Shown here piece after piece: positions 8,943 through 17,615 of a DNA stretch of 36,735 nucleotides (its first letter is position 1; the number at the start of each line of letters is the position of its first letter). Under the pieces are notes generated by a model. That model was not told the DNA's origin, searched no databases, and saw only the letters and a program-made list of their open reading frames with translations. The position numbers and the translations under genes are program-made. The stretch is taken from assembly GCA_964471055.1 (NCBI GenBank), contig CAYYFS010000002.1, positions 2,233 to 38,967 on the forward strand. The letters are read 5' to 3'. This stretch comes from an uncultured Dehalococcoidales bacterium (lineage in GTDB: Bacteria; Chloroflexota; Dehalococcoidia; Lucifugimonadales; Lucifugimonadaceae).

Positions 8943-11216
8943 GTGTCGAGATTCATCGCGACCTCAGCCATGAGAGGGGCGCACGCCATAGTGGAGCAGG
9001 CGGAGCGCGAACTGGAGCAGGCGCTCCAGGAACACGGAGCCGACACTCCGGTTGCCTTCACCAATACCGCCTACTACCTTCCCGTCATATACGGGTATAC
9101 GGGAGAGACGATCGAGACGCTGGGCCAGATGAAGCCCATCGTCGAGAAGGCCCGTTCGTTCCTCACGCCCGTTCCGCCTGAGAAGCTGTGGCTACCCTAT
9201 CTGGGCGAGACTCTGGACGCCGGGGTAGCAACGCTCTTCGCCCAGGAGATCATCGAGGGACTCCGCTTCATACGCGGCGAGCAGCCGGAGCAGATGTCCC
9301 TGGACGGCATCGCCCTCCCGGCGGAGGTCGCTGACGGACAGACGAACGGTCACTACGCGCTGAACGGGCCGATTGACGACATCCAGCTGCGCAGCTGGGG
9401 CATCCAGCTGGTAGACGGCCGTATGCCCGGATTCGCAGCGATAGTGGGGTGCGCCAAGTCCAACGAAGTGGCGGTCAAGATAGTCAGGGAACTCCAGCGA
9501 CGGGGCATCCTGATCTTCCTGTCCGGGAACGTGAACGGCCGCAGCATCATCCACCAGCTTCTCGAAGAAGGCGTCCAGCTCGGATACGACACGTACACAG
9601 TGCCGTTCGGCACGGACACCGTTTCAGCAATCTACGCACTCGGGTTCGCTACCCGCTCCGCTCTCACCTTCGGCGGCCTGACAGCCGGCCAGGCGAAAGA
9701 CATGCTGCTGTACAACAAGAACCGCGTCTTCGCCTTCGTTCTGGCGCTCGGTGAAGTGGACGATCTGAAGTACGCCACGGCAGCAGGTGCGATCACCTAC
9801 GGCTTTCCGGTCATCGCCGACACTCTCATCCCGGAGATTCACCCCTCCGGCATCACCACCTACGAACACGTCGTCAGTATGCCCTTCGACGACATCAGCG
9901 GCTCGGACGACATCGAACGAGCCGAACGGCTGGTGGAACGGTGCATCGAAGTCCGCGGCGTCAAGATAAGCATGGTCGACGTCGACATTCCGATGGCCTA
10001 TGGCCCGGCTTTCGAGGGAGAGATCGTGCGTCGCGAGGCGATGCAGGCGGAGTTCGGCGCCAGGACCACCGCAGGCTTCGAATACCTGCGAATGGCTGAC
10101 TCGGACGAGGTCCAAGACGGCCGTGTTCAGGTCATCGGTCCGGACCTGGACGAGATGGAGGTTGGTTCCAACAACCCGCTCGGCATAGTGGTCGAGGTTT
10201 CAGGCAGAACGATGCAGGAAGACTTCGAACCCGTCCTGGAACGGCAAATCCATCACATGTCCAACTTCGCCGAAGGCATCCAGCACATCGGGCAGCGGGA
10301 CATCATCTGGATCAGAGTCTCGAAGAGCGCTTTCGACCGCGGATTCCGGCTCGCCCACTTCGGCAACATCCTCCACGCGAGCCTGCACTCGAGCTTCTCG
10401 GCCATCGTGGACAAGGTCCAGGTGACCATCTACACCGAGGAGGAAAAGGTAGAGGAGTTGCGCGGGGTTGCTCGCGAGGCGTTCCAGGAACGCAACCTCA
10501 AGGTCGCGAGCATGACCGATGAGACCACGGACACGTTCTACAGCTGCACCCTCTGCCAATCCTTCGCTCCCGACCACGTGTGCATCATCAACCCGGAGCG
10601 GGTGGGACTGTGCGGGGCGTACAACTGGCTGGATTGCAGGGCCTCCTACGAACTCAACCCCAACGGGCCGAACCAACCTGTGCCCAAGAGGGGCGCCATC
10701 AACGAGGAACTCGGTGAGTGGGAATCCTTTAATGAGTTCGTCTACCAGAACTCCAACATGAACATCGAGCGCATGACCCTGTATTCGATCATGGATGCGC
10801 CCATGACCTCTTGCGGGTGCTTCGAGTGCATCATGATGCTCATCCCTGAGGCCAATGGATTCATGATCGTCTCCCGCGACGATCCGAACATGACCCCTGC
10901 CGGAATGACCTTCTCCACCCTCGCGGGAATGGCCGGAGGCGGACAGCAGAGCCCTGGCATGATGGGCCACGGCAAGTTCTACCTGCTCAGCAAGAAGTTC
11001 ATTCCCAAAGAAGGCGGTTTGAAGTCCGTCGTATGGATGTCCGCAAACCTGAAGGAGGAGATGCGGGAACAGTTGCAGGAGAGATGCGAGGAGATTGGAG
11101 AACCCGGCCTCCTCGACAAGATCGCCGACGGGGAGTCCGCCGCAACTGTGGAGGAGCTTCTCGCCTTCCTTGAGGACATAGGACACCCGGCACTGACGAT
11201 GGAGTCGCTCCTGTAG
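8943..11216 (+). CDS. acsB: Acetyl-CoA synthase (CODH/ACS alpha subunit, bacterial type with N-terminal domain)
   Basis: 757-aa ORF collinear by eye with Moorella AcsB. A-cluster motifs CTLCQSFAPDHVCIINPERVGLCGA and TSCGCFECI; C-terminus GHPALTMESLL. GTG start with AGGGG 8 nt upstream. Confidence 0.95.
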   Translation: MSRFIATSAMRGAHAIVEQAERELEQALQEHGADTPVAFTNTAYYLPVIYGYTGETIETLGQMKPIVEKARSFLTPVPPEKLWLPYLGETLDAGVATLFAQEIIEGLRFIRGEQPEQMSLDGIALPAEVADGQTNGHYALNGPIDDIQLRSWGIQLVDGRMPGFAAIVGCAKSNEVAVKIVRELQRRGILIFLSGNVNGRSIIHQLLEEGVQLGYDTYTVPFGTDTVSAIYALGFATRSALTFGGLTAGQAKDMLLYNKNRVFAFVLALGEVDDLKYATAAGAITYGFPVIADTLIPEIHPSGITTYEHVVSMPFDDISGSDDIERAERLVERCIEVRGVKISMVDVDIPMAYGPAFEGEIVRREAMQAEFGARTTAGFEYLRMADSDEVQDGRVQVIGPDLDEMEVGSNNPLGIVVEVSGRTMQEDFEPVLERQIHHMSNFAEGIQHIGQRDIIWIRVSKSAFDRGFRLAHFGNILHASLHSSFSAIVDKVQVTIYTEEEKVEELRGVAREAFQERNLKVASMTDETTDTFYSCTLCQSFAPDHVCIINPERVGLCGAYNWLDCRASYELNPNGPNQPVPKRGAINEELGEWESFNEFVYQNSNMNIERMTLYSIMDAPMTSCGCFECIMMLIPEANGFMIVSRDDPNMTPAGMTFSTLAGMAGGGQQSPGMMGHGKFYLLSKKFIPKEGGLKSVVWMSANLKEEMREQLQERCEEIGEPGLLDKIADGESAATVEELLAFLEDIGHPALTMESLL

Positions 11217-11247
11217 CCGGCCAGGGCAAGACCAGAGAGGATTTCCA

Positions 11248-12201
11248 ATGCCCACGATTGAGACCCCGACGGAGAAATGGGCGGGTCAGATACGAGAAGT
11301 AACCCTCGGTGCCGGTTCACGGACGCCGGTGGTGATCGGTGGTGAGAGCACCCTCCCCTTCCTGCACTTTGAAGGCGCCACTCCAAACCCACCGGTGGTG
11401 GCGATTGACGTGGAGGACCGGCCGCCCGAGCGTTGGTCGCCTGCGCTGACCGCAGCCTGGGGCGATGTTATCCAGCAAGGAACCGCTGCCTGGGCGAAAA
11501 AGGCTGTGGAGTACGGAGCGGACATGATCGCGCTCACACTCCGCAGCGCAGACCCGGAGGGAGGGAACACCGGGCCGGATGAAGCGGTCGACACAGTCAA
11601 GCAGGTCCTCGGAGCTGTCGACGTCCCGCTCATCGTGTACGGCCCCGGAGTCGCAGAGAAAGACAACGAGGTGCTCGTCGCGGTGGCCGATGCCACTGCG
11701 GGAGAACAGCTCGCTCTCGGCCTCTGCGAGGAGAAGAACTACCGGACGATCGTCGCCACCTGCCTGGCCAACGGCCACATACCCATCGCTTTCTCTCCCA
11801 TGGACGTGAACCTGGCAAAGCAGATGAACATCCTCATCACGGACATGGGTCTCCCTGCCGATCGCATACTGATGGATTCGACTACCGGCGCGCTCGGCTA
11901 CGGCCTCGAGTACGCGTACTCGGTTATGGAACGTCTCCGGCTGGCTGCCCTGCAGGGCGACAGCATGACCAACATGCCACTCATCCTGAACCCGGGCAGA
12001 GAAGCCTGGTGCGTGAAGGAAGCGATGGCCTCGGAGGGCGTGCCCGCGGAGTGGGGCGACATCGAGGAGCGCGGCATCACGTGGGAAACCATCACCGCCT
12101 TGACGTTGATCCAGGCGGGCGCCGACATCCTGGTGATGCGCCACCCGAGAGCAGTAGAGCTGATCAAGGGCGCCATCAACGGGCTGATGGCGTCGAACTA
12201 G
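11248..12201 (+). CDS. acsD: Corrinoid iron-sulfur protein small subunit
   Basis: 317-aa ORF of AcsD/CdhD-like size and TIM-barrel-like sequence (WAGQIREVTLGAG..., PLIVYGPG). Sits between acsB and acsC. SD AGAGAGGA. Confidence 0.88.
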   Translation: MPTIETPTEKWAGQIREVTLGAGSRTPVVIGGESTLPFLHFEGATPNPPVVAIDVEDRPPERWSPALTAAWGDVIQQGTAAWAKKAVEYGADMIALTLRSADPEGGNTGPDEAVDTVKQVLGAVDVPLIVYGPGVAEKDNEVLVAVADATAGEQLALGLCEEKNYRTIVATCLANGHIPIAFSPMDVNLAKQMNILITDMGLPADRILMDSTTGALGYGLEYAYSVMERLRLAALQGDSMTNMPLILNPGREAWCVKEAMASEGVPAEWGDIEERGITWETITALTLIQAGADILVMRHPRAVELIKGAINGLMASN

Positions 12202-12220
12202 CGCAGCGGAGGAAACACCA

Positions 12221-13606
12221 ATGGCGCTGACCGGGCTCCAGATCTACAAACTGCTGCCCAAGACGAACTGCAAAGACTGCGGCTTCCCGACCTGCCTGGC
12301 CTTCAGCATGAAGCTTGCGCAGCAGGCGGTTGAACTGTCCGACTGCCCTCACGTCTCGGAGGAAGCGAAACAGGCGCTGGAATCGGCCGCCCGGCCGCCC
12401 ATCCAGCTTGTCACAGTCGGGGCCGGCGACAGGGCGTTCTCCGTGGGCAACGAAACGGTCCTGTTCCGACACGAGAAGACGTTCTTCAACCCCACGGCCT
12501 TGATGGTCAGGGTGAAGACATCCCAGTCGAGCGACGAGATCGCCGCCGTCATCTCAAGCGTGGACAAATACACGGTCGATCGCGTCGGCATCGACCTGAG
12601 GCTCGACGGCATCGCCGTGGAGGACACCGAAGGCAGCGCGGACGCCTTCGCCTCGGCGGTGGAACTTGCGGCCTCCAGCACAGATCTATCGCTGGTCCTG
12701 ATGTCGAAAGACGCCTCGGTCATGAAAGCCGGCCTGGAAAAGGCTGAAGGTCGGCGCCCGCTCATCTATGCTGCTACGACAGACAACGTTGGAGACATGG
12801 CGGCTCTGGCCGTGCAGTACAAATGTCCGCTGGCGGCGTGCGGCGAGGATCTCTCAGAGGTGGCCGGAGTAGTGGAAGAGGCCACCAAGGCCGGAGTGGA
12901 GGAGCTGGTTCTCGATCCCGGATCGCGGGACTTCGCTTCGACGTTATCCAACTTCACCCAGATACGCCGTCTTGCGCTGAAGGCCAGCGAGCGTCTCATG
13001 GGCTACCCCACCATTGCCTTCCCGGGCGAAGGCACCGGTTCTGCCGAAGAGGAGACTCTCCTGGCAGGCCAGCTGGTCGCCAAGTACGCGGGAATCGTGG
13101 TGCTGGACCACTTCGCTCCGCACTCCGCGTACGCCCTGCTCACCGAGCGCCAGAACATCTTCACGGACCCGCAGCAGCCGATACAGGTGAAGGCAGACGT
13201 CTACCCGCTCCGGGACCCCGGCAAGGACAGCCCGGTGATGGTCACCACGAACTTCTCGCTCAGCTACTTCTCCGTGACCGGCGAAGTAGAGGGTGCGGGA
13301 TCGCCTGCCTGGGTCATCGTTTGCGACACCGACGGCCTGTCGGTCCTCACGGCGTGGGCGGCAGCGAAGTTCGATGGCGAGACCATCGCCAAGGCGGTCA
13401 ACGCAGGCGAGGTCGCGGACCGGGTGGATCATCGGCTCTTGATCATTCCCGGCCACGTCGCCGTGCTCCTGGGAGAGATCGAGGAAGAACTGCCCGAGTG
13501 GTCGGTGGTCGTTGGTCCTCGGGAAGCCACGGACATCCCCAACTTCCTGAAGAACATATGGACCGCCCGGCTCGAGGAGTCCCAGCTACAGGGGGCCGGT
13601 CGATAG
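12221..13606 (+). CDS. acsC: Corrinoid iron-sulfur protein large subunit
   Basis: 461-aa ORF. N-terminal 4Fe-4S motif TNCKDCGFPTCLAFSMKLA...DCP typical of AcsC. SD GGAGG. Confidence 0.93.
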   Translation: MALTGLQIYKLLPKTNCKDCGFPTCLAFSMKLAQQAVELSDCPHVSEEAKQALESAARPPIQLVTVGAGDRAFSVGNETVLFRHEKTFFNPTALMVRVKTSQSSDEIAAVISSVDKYTVDRVGIDLRLDGIAVEDTEGSADAFASAVELAASSTDLSLVLMSKDASVMKAGLEKAEGRRPLIYAATTDNVGDMAALAVQYKCPLAACGEDLSEVAGVVEEATKAGVEELVLDPGSRDFASTLSNFTQIRRLALKASERLMGYPTIAFPGEGTGSAEEETLLAGQLVAKYAGIVVLDHFAPHSAYALLTERQNIFTDPQQPIQVKADVYPLRDPGKDSPVMVTTNFSLSYFSVTGEVEGAGSPAWVIVCDTDGLSVLTAWAAAKFDGETIAKAVNAGEVADRVDHRLLIIPGHVAVLLGEIEEELPEWSVVVGPREATDIPNFLKNIWTARLEESQLQGAGR

Positions 13607-13615
13607 CACCGGCCC
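13593..13615 (+). promoter_or_regulatory. GC-rich hairpin enclosing the acsC stop codon (intra-operon RNA structure)
   Basis: GGGCCGGT-cgaTAGc-ACCGGCCC: a perfect 8-bp stem with the acsC TAG (13604-13606) inside the 7-nt loop, 12 nt before the acsV GTG. No U-tract follows. Confidence 0.5.
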
Positions 13616-13627
13616 GGCGGCCTAGAC

Positions 13628-15598
13628 GTGGATGATTCACGCTGCGCCATCACCTTCCTGCCTCAGAACAGGCATGCGGAGGTTCCGGTGGGCACGTTGC
13701 TGTCCGACGCCGCCCGGCAGGCAGGCATCGACGCCGCCGTTCCCTGCGGCGGCCAGGGCAGATGCGGCCGTTGCACGGTACGCGTCCAGCGCGGCGAAGT
13801 CCGTAGCAGATCGGACGCCCATCTGACACCTCGGCAGGTCGCCCAGGGCTGGGTGCTTTCCTGCCAGACCGAGGTGCGTGGGCCGGTCACAGCCTTCCTG
13901 ATCCCGGAGGAAGTCGAAAGGACTCTGCCGGGAGCGGCGAAGATCGAGGTGCAGCGAAGAGGCCGCCCACCCCGCGATCCCGTCGTCTCACACCATCTGC
14001 TCGAACTATCACCCCCCACTCTCCAGGACAGCGCGTCGGACCTGGAGCGAGTGCGGCGGCAACTGGGTACTTCTTCCAACGTGAAGAACCTGGACGCGGA
14101 CCTCCCCGCGGTACGCGGCCTTGACCGCACCCTGAGAGACGGCGACTGGCGCGCAACGGCGATTGTGGAACGCGCGCTCCGGGGGGGAAGGTCCCGGCTG
14201 GTCGCGGTCAGACCGTACGACGCCGCGGGCACCAGCCTGGGTGCGGCGGTCGATATCGGCACAACGACGGTCGCCGTGGCGCTCCTGGACCTGCGCTCCG
14301 GCCGCTTGATCGACACTGCAACCACGTTCAACAGACAGATATCGTGCGGCGAAGACGTGATATCCCGCATCGTCCACAGCCAGCGCGGGAATGGCCTGCG
14401 GGAACTTCAGCGTCTGGCGCGTGAGACGGTGAACGGTCTGATCGACGATTTGTGCGCGCGGCACGATCTCGATCCCACTCACATCGACGACGTGGTAATG
14501 GCCGGAAACACCACCATGACGCACCTGTTCCTGGGCCTGAACGCGAGGTCCATCCGGGAAGAGCCGTACACTCCACTCGCGACGAGCTTCCCGGCTGTCC
14601 AGGCACCGGATGTGGGCCTGAAGGTCAATCCCGGAGCCTCAGTCTACTGCCTGCCGGCGGTCGCGGCGTATGTAGGGGGAGACATCACCGCCGGCATCCT
14701 CAGCTCGGGCCTCTACCGCCGCCGCGACCTGGCGCTCTTCATGGACGTGGGCACCAACGGTGAACTCGTACTGGGCAACGCCGACTGGCTCGTGGCATGC
14801 GCCTGTAGCGCGGGACCGGCCTTTGAGGGAGCCGGGGTGCAGTCCGGAATGCCGGCTGCTCCGGGCGCCATCGAAGACGTAACCATCAACTACAACACCC
14901 TGGCCCCCACTCTCCGGGTCATCGGCGGTGGCTCGCCGAGAGGCATATGCGGTTCCGGCATGATCGCCGCGCTCGGCGAGATGTTCATGACCGGCATCGT
15001 CGACAAAGCGGGGCGGTTCACCACGGCGACCGGCAGGGCCCGAAAGAGCGGCAACGGACGCATCGTCGAGACCGATCACGGCCCGGCATACGTGCTCGTG
15101 CATGCCGCCGAGTCAGCCTCGGATGAGGACATCGTTCTCACCGAGGTCGATGTCGCCAACTTGATCAGCACCAAAGGAGCCATCTACGCCGGCCTCGCCG
15201 TGATGCTGCGCTCTCTGGACATCCAGGCCAGCGACATAGAAGCGGTGCTGATCGGCGGCGGATTCGGACAGCACATCAACGTCGAAAAGTCCATCCTGAT
15301 CGGGCTGCTGCCCGATCTGCCGTGGGACAGATTCCGCTTCCTCGGCAACACCTCCGCCCTCGGCGCGAGTAGAGTCCTCCTGTCGAGGGGAGCGCGGCGC
15401 CAGGCAGAGAAGATCGCCGCCGGGGTCACGTACCTTGAACTCGTGGCCGACAATTCGTTTATGAACGAGTTCACGTCCACTCTGTTTCTGCCTCACACCG
15501 ATCTGGGCGGCTTCCCGTCGGTGAAAGACATGCTGGCGAGCCTGCCGAGCAGCGGGTCGGGTGGGAGCACCGCAGGTGAGGGGGAAAACCCGACATGA
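13628..15598 (+). CDS. acsV: Reductive activator of CFeSP (RACo/AcsV-type: 2Fe-2S ferredoxin domain plus ASKHA ATPase)
   Basis: 656-aa ORF. N-terminal plant-type ferredoxin motif CGGQGRCGRCTV...SCQ. ASKHA phosphate motifs AVDIGTTTVAV and DVGTNGE. Located between acsC and cooC as in acetogen acs clusters. Confidence 0.85.
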   Translation: MDDSRCAITFLPQNRHAEVPVGTLLSDAARQAGIDAAVPCGGQGRCGRCTVRVQRGEVRSRSDAHLTPRQVAQGWVLSCQTEVRGPVTAFLIPEEVERTLPGAAKIEVQRRGRPPRDPVVSHHLLELSPPTLQDSASDLERVRRQLGTSSNVKNLDADLPAVRGLDRTLRDGDWRATAIVERALRGGRSRLVAVRPYDAAGTSLGAAVDIGTTTVAVALLDLRSGRLIDTATTFNRQISCGEDVISRIVHSQRGNGLRELQRLARETVNGLIDDLCARHDLDPTHIDDVVMAGNTTMTHLFLGLNARSIREEPYTPLATSFPAVQAPDVGLKVNPGASVYCLPAVAAYVGGDITAGILSSGLYRRRDLALFMDVGTNGELVLGNADWLVACACSAGPAFEGAGVQSGMPAAPGAIEDVTINYNTLAPTLRVIGGGSPRGICGSGMIAALGEMFMTGIVDKAGRFTTATGRARKSGNGRIVETDHGPAYVLVHAAESASDEDIVLTEVDVANLISTKGAIYAGLAVMLRSLDIQASDIEAVLIGGGFGQHINVEKSILIGLLPDLPWDRFRFLGNTSALGASRVLLSRGARRQAEKIAAGVTYLELVADNSFMNEFTSTLFLPHTDLGGFPSVKDMLASLPSSGSGGSTAGEGENPT

Positions 15599-16389
15599 CC
15601 ACGACGATAGCGGTGGCAGGCAAGGGTGGGACCGGCAAGACAACGATCGCAGCGATGCTGATCAAGCTTCTGGCCGGGAAAGGCACCGTGCTGGCAATCG
15701 ACGCGGACCCGAGCGTCAACCTGCACATGGCCCTGGGCCTCGAGGAACCGGAGGCCATCGGCAGCATCCGCGAGGAGATCGCGACCGAAGGCGACGACCT
15801 GCCGGCGGGGATGACCCGGCACGACTACATGGCGTTCCGTTCCCGCCAGGCGGTGATGGAATCCACCGGACTCGACCTGCTCGTCATGGGAAGGCCGGAG
15901 GGGCCGGGATGCTACTGCGCCTCCAATCACGTTCTGCGAACGGCCATCGATCGCATGACGGACGCCTACGACCACGTTGTTATCGACAACGAGGCGGGCA
16001 TGGAGCACATCAGCAGGCGGACCACCAGAGACCTGCAGGCACTTCTGCTCGTGTCCGACCCAACCGTGCGGGGCATAACGGCGGCCGGACGGGCGCAGGC
16101 GCTGCTGCACGACCTCCGGACGCATGTCGACACCGTGGGGCTGGTGGTCAACCGCGTGGATGGAGAGCTGCATCCGGAACTCAGGAAGACGGTAGATGCA
16201 CAGGAGCTCCGGCTGCTGGCCACTATCCCTTCCGACCCCCTCGTGGGCGAACTGGATGCCGTGGGGCGGCCGCTGGTGGAACTACCATCCAACTCGCCGG
16301 TACGAGAGGCCGTGGACCGGCTGGCACATGAACTCGGGTTCGTAACGCGGGAGGGGGCGGCTGGAGCCGGATCTCCGTCCGCCCGCTGA
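15595..16389 (+). CDS. acsF: CooC/AcsF-family Ni-insertion ATPase, copy 2
   Basis: 264-aa ORF. AGKGGTGKTT Walker A and GPGCYCASN CxC motif. Its ATG overlaps the acsV stop by 4 nt (ATGA). Confidence 0.85.
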   Translation: MTTTIAVAGKGGTGKTTIAAMLIKLLAGKGTVLAIDADPSVNLHMALGLEEPEAIGSIREEIATEGDDLPAGMTRHDYMAFRSRQAVMESTGLDLLVMGRPEGPGCYCASNHVLRTAIDRMTDAYDHVVIDNEAGMEHISRRTTRDLQALLLVSDPTVRGITAAGRAQALLHDLRTHVDTVGLVVNRVDGELHPELRKTVDAQELRLLATIPSDPLVGELDAVGRPLVELPSNSPVREAVDRLAHELGFVTREGAAGAGSPSAR

Positions 16390-16427
16390 AGACAAAGCAA
16401 TCGACCGAGAAGCTAGGAGCGTGCTCA

Positions 16428-17348
16428 ATGATCGTCATCGGAGAATCGATCCACGTCATTGCCCCGAGGGTCAGGGCGGCACTGGAGAACCGGGACGCGC
16501 GCACGCTGCAGGACATGGCTGTTAGCCAGGTCGAGGCGGGCGCCGGAATAGTCGACCTGAACATCGGCCCGCAGAGGCGACAGGGCCACGAGATCATGCC
16601 CTGGTTGGTGGACATCCTGCAGGAAGTTGTGGACGTACCTTTCAGCCTGGACACGACCAACGCAGCCGCCATTGAGGCCGGCCTCAAGCGGTGCAAACAC
16701 AGGGCCCTGATCAACAGCACGGACGCCACCGAGGAACGCATGGCGGCGATGGTGCCGCTGGCCGCGAAATACGAGGCAGACCTCATCGCGCTCGCACTGG
16801 GTGACTCAGGCCTGCCGACCACTGCGGAGGAACGACTGGAACTCGTGATGGGCAGGCTGCTCCCCGCCGCCGAGGAGCACGGCCTCCCAATCGAGAACCT
16901 GTACCTGGACCCGTTGGTGCTCACTGTGAACGGCATGCAGGACCAGGCCATCCAGACGGTGATGGCGGTGCATTACTTCAAAGAGCTTTCCGACCCGCCC
17001 CCAAAGACAACCGCCGGTCTGTCAAACGTGTCCAACGGGACTCCCGCAGAAGGCCGTCCTCTCATCAATGAAGTGTTCGCCGCGATGATGATCGGCGCCG
17101 GAATCGTCTCCGCCATCGCCAACGCCCTTGACGAAGGCACGATGAACGTCATCAGGACGATCGATCAACGGGATACGTCCACGGCTCAAGGGCGCCTGTA
17201 CGTGGCGCTGGCAGATACCGTCGGTACCGGCGAAGAGTTCGAGGTGGAACCCTCGATGCTGGAAGACCCGGAAACCAGCGACATAGCCAAAACCATCAAC
17301 ATCCTGTACGACCGCCAGATCTACGCGCCGTCATACCTCACCCTGTAG
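16428..17348 (+). CDS. acsE: Methyltetrahydrofolate:corrinoid iron-sulfur protein methyltransferase
   Basis: 306-aa ORF with a pterin-binding TIM-barrel pattern (IIGESIHV..., VDLNIGP, SLDT, GLSNVS). SD AGGAG. Confidence 0.9.
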   Translation: MIVIGESIHVIAPRVRAALENRDARTLQDMAVSQVEAGAGIVDLNIGPQRRQGHEIMPWLVDILQEVVDVPFSLDTTNAAAIEAGLKRCKHRALINSTDATEERMAAMVPLAAKYEADLIALALGDSGLPTTAEERLELVMGRLLPAAEEHGLPIENLYLDPLVLTVNGMQDQAIQTVMAVHYFKELSDPPPKTTAGLSNVSNGTPAEGRPLINEVFAAMMIGAGIVSAIANALDEGTMNVIRTIDQRDTSTAQGRLYVALADTVGTGEEFEVEPSMLEDPETSDIAKTINILYDRQIYAPSYLTL

Positions 17349-17367
17349 CAGAGACTGAACGGCTTGC

Positions 17368-17391
17368 GGGCCCCGGGCCGACCCGGGGCCC
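17368..17391 (+). terminator. Terminator-like GC hairpin after acsE
   Basis: GGGCCCCGGG-ccga-CCCGGGGCCC: a perfect 10-bp stem 20 nt after the acsE TAG. No downstream T-run, so it is not a canonical intrinsic terminator. Confidence 0.45.
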
Positions 17392-17615
17392 TGCCGGGGG
17401 GCCGCACGGCGGCGGACGTTCCTGCTCTGGAGAAAACCAACCCGCCCGCGTTCCTCGGGATACCGGAGGAGATGCTCGGCTGGATACGCTACGGAATGGT
17501 CCCTCCTGCCACCTGGATGGATGCGCGTCCCACGCGCCGCGGTCCTCACCGCGGCAATATGGTCAGTCGTACATGCACCGAATCTTCAGGCTCTCGAACC
17601 GAGCACCCGAAGCGA

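Noticed and set aside
17364-17615. N-terminal 84-codon extension of folC from the TTG at 17364
   Set aside because: The extension is Pro/Arg/Gly-rich, begins inside the terminator-like hairpin, and has no counterpart in FolC proteins. The ATG at 17616 gives a normal-length enzyme.
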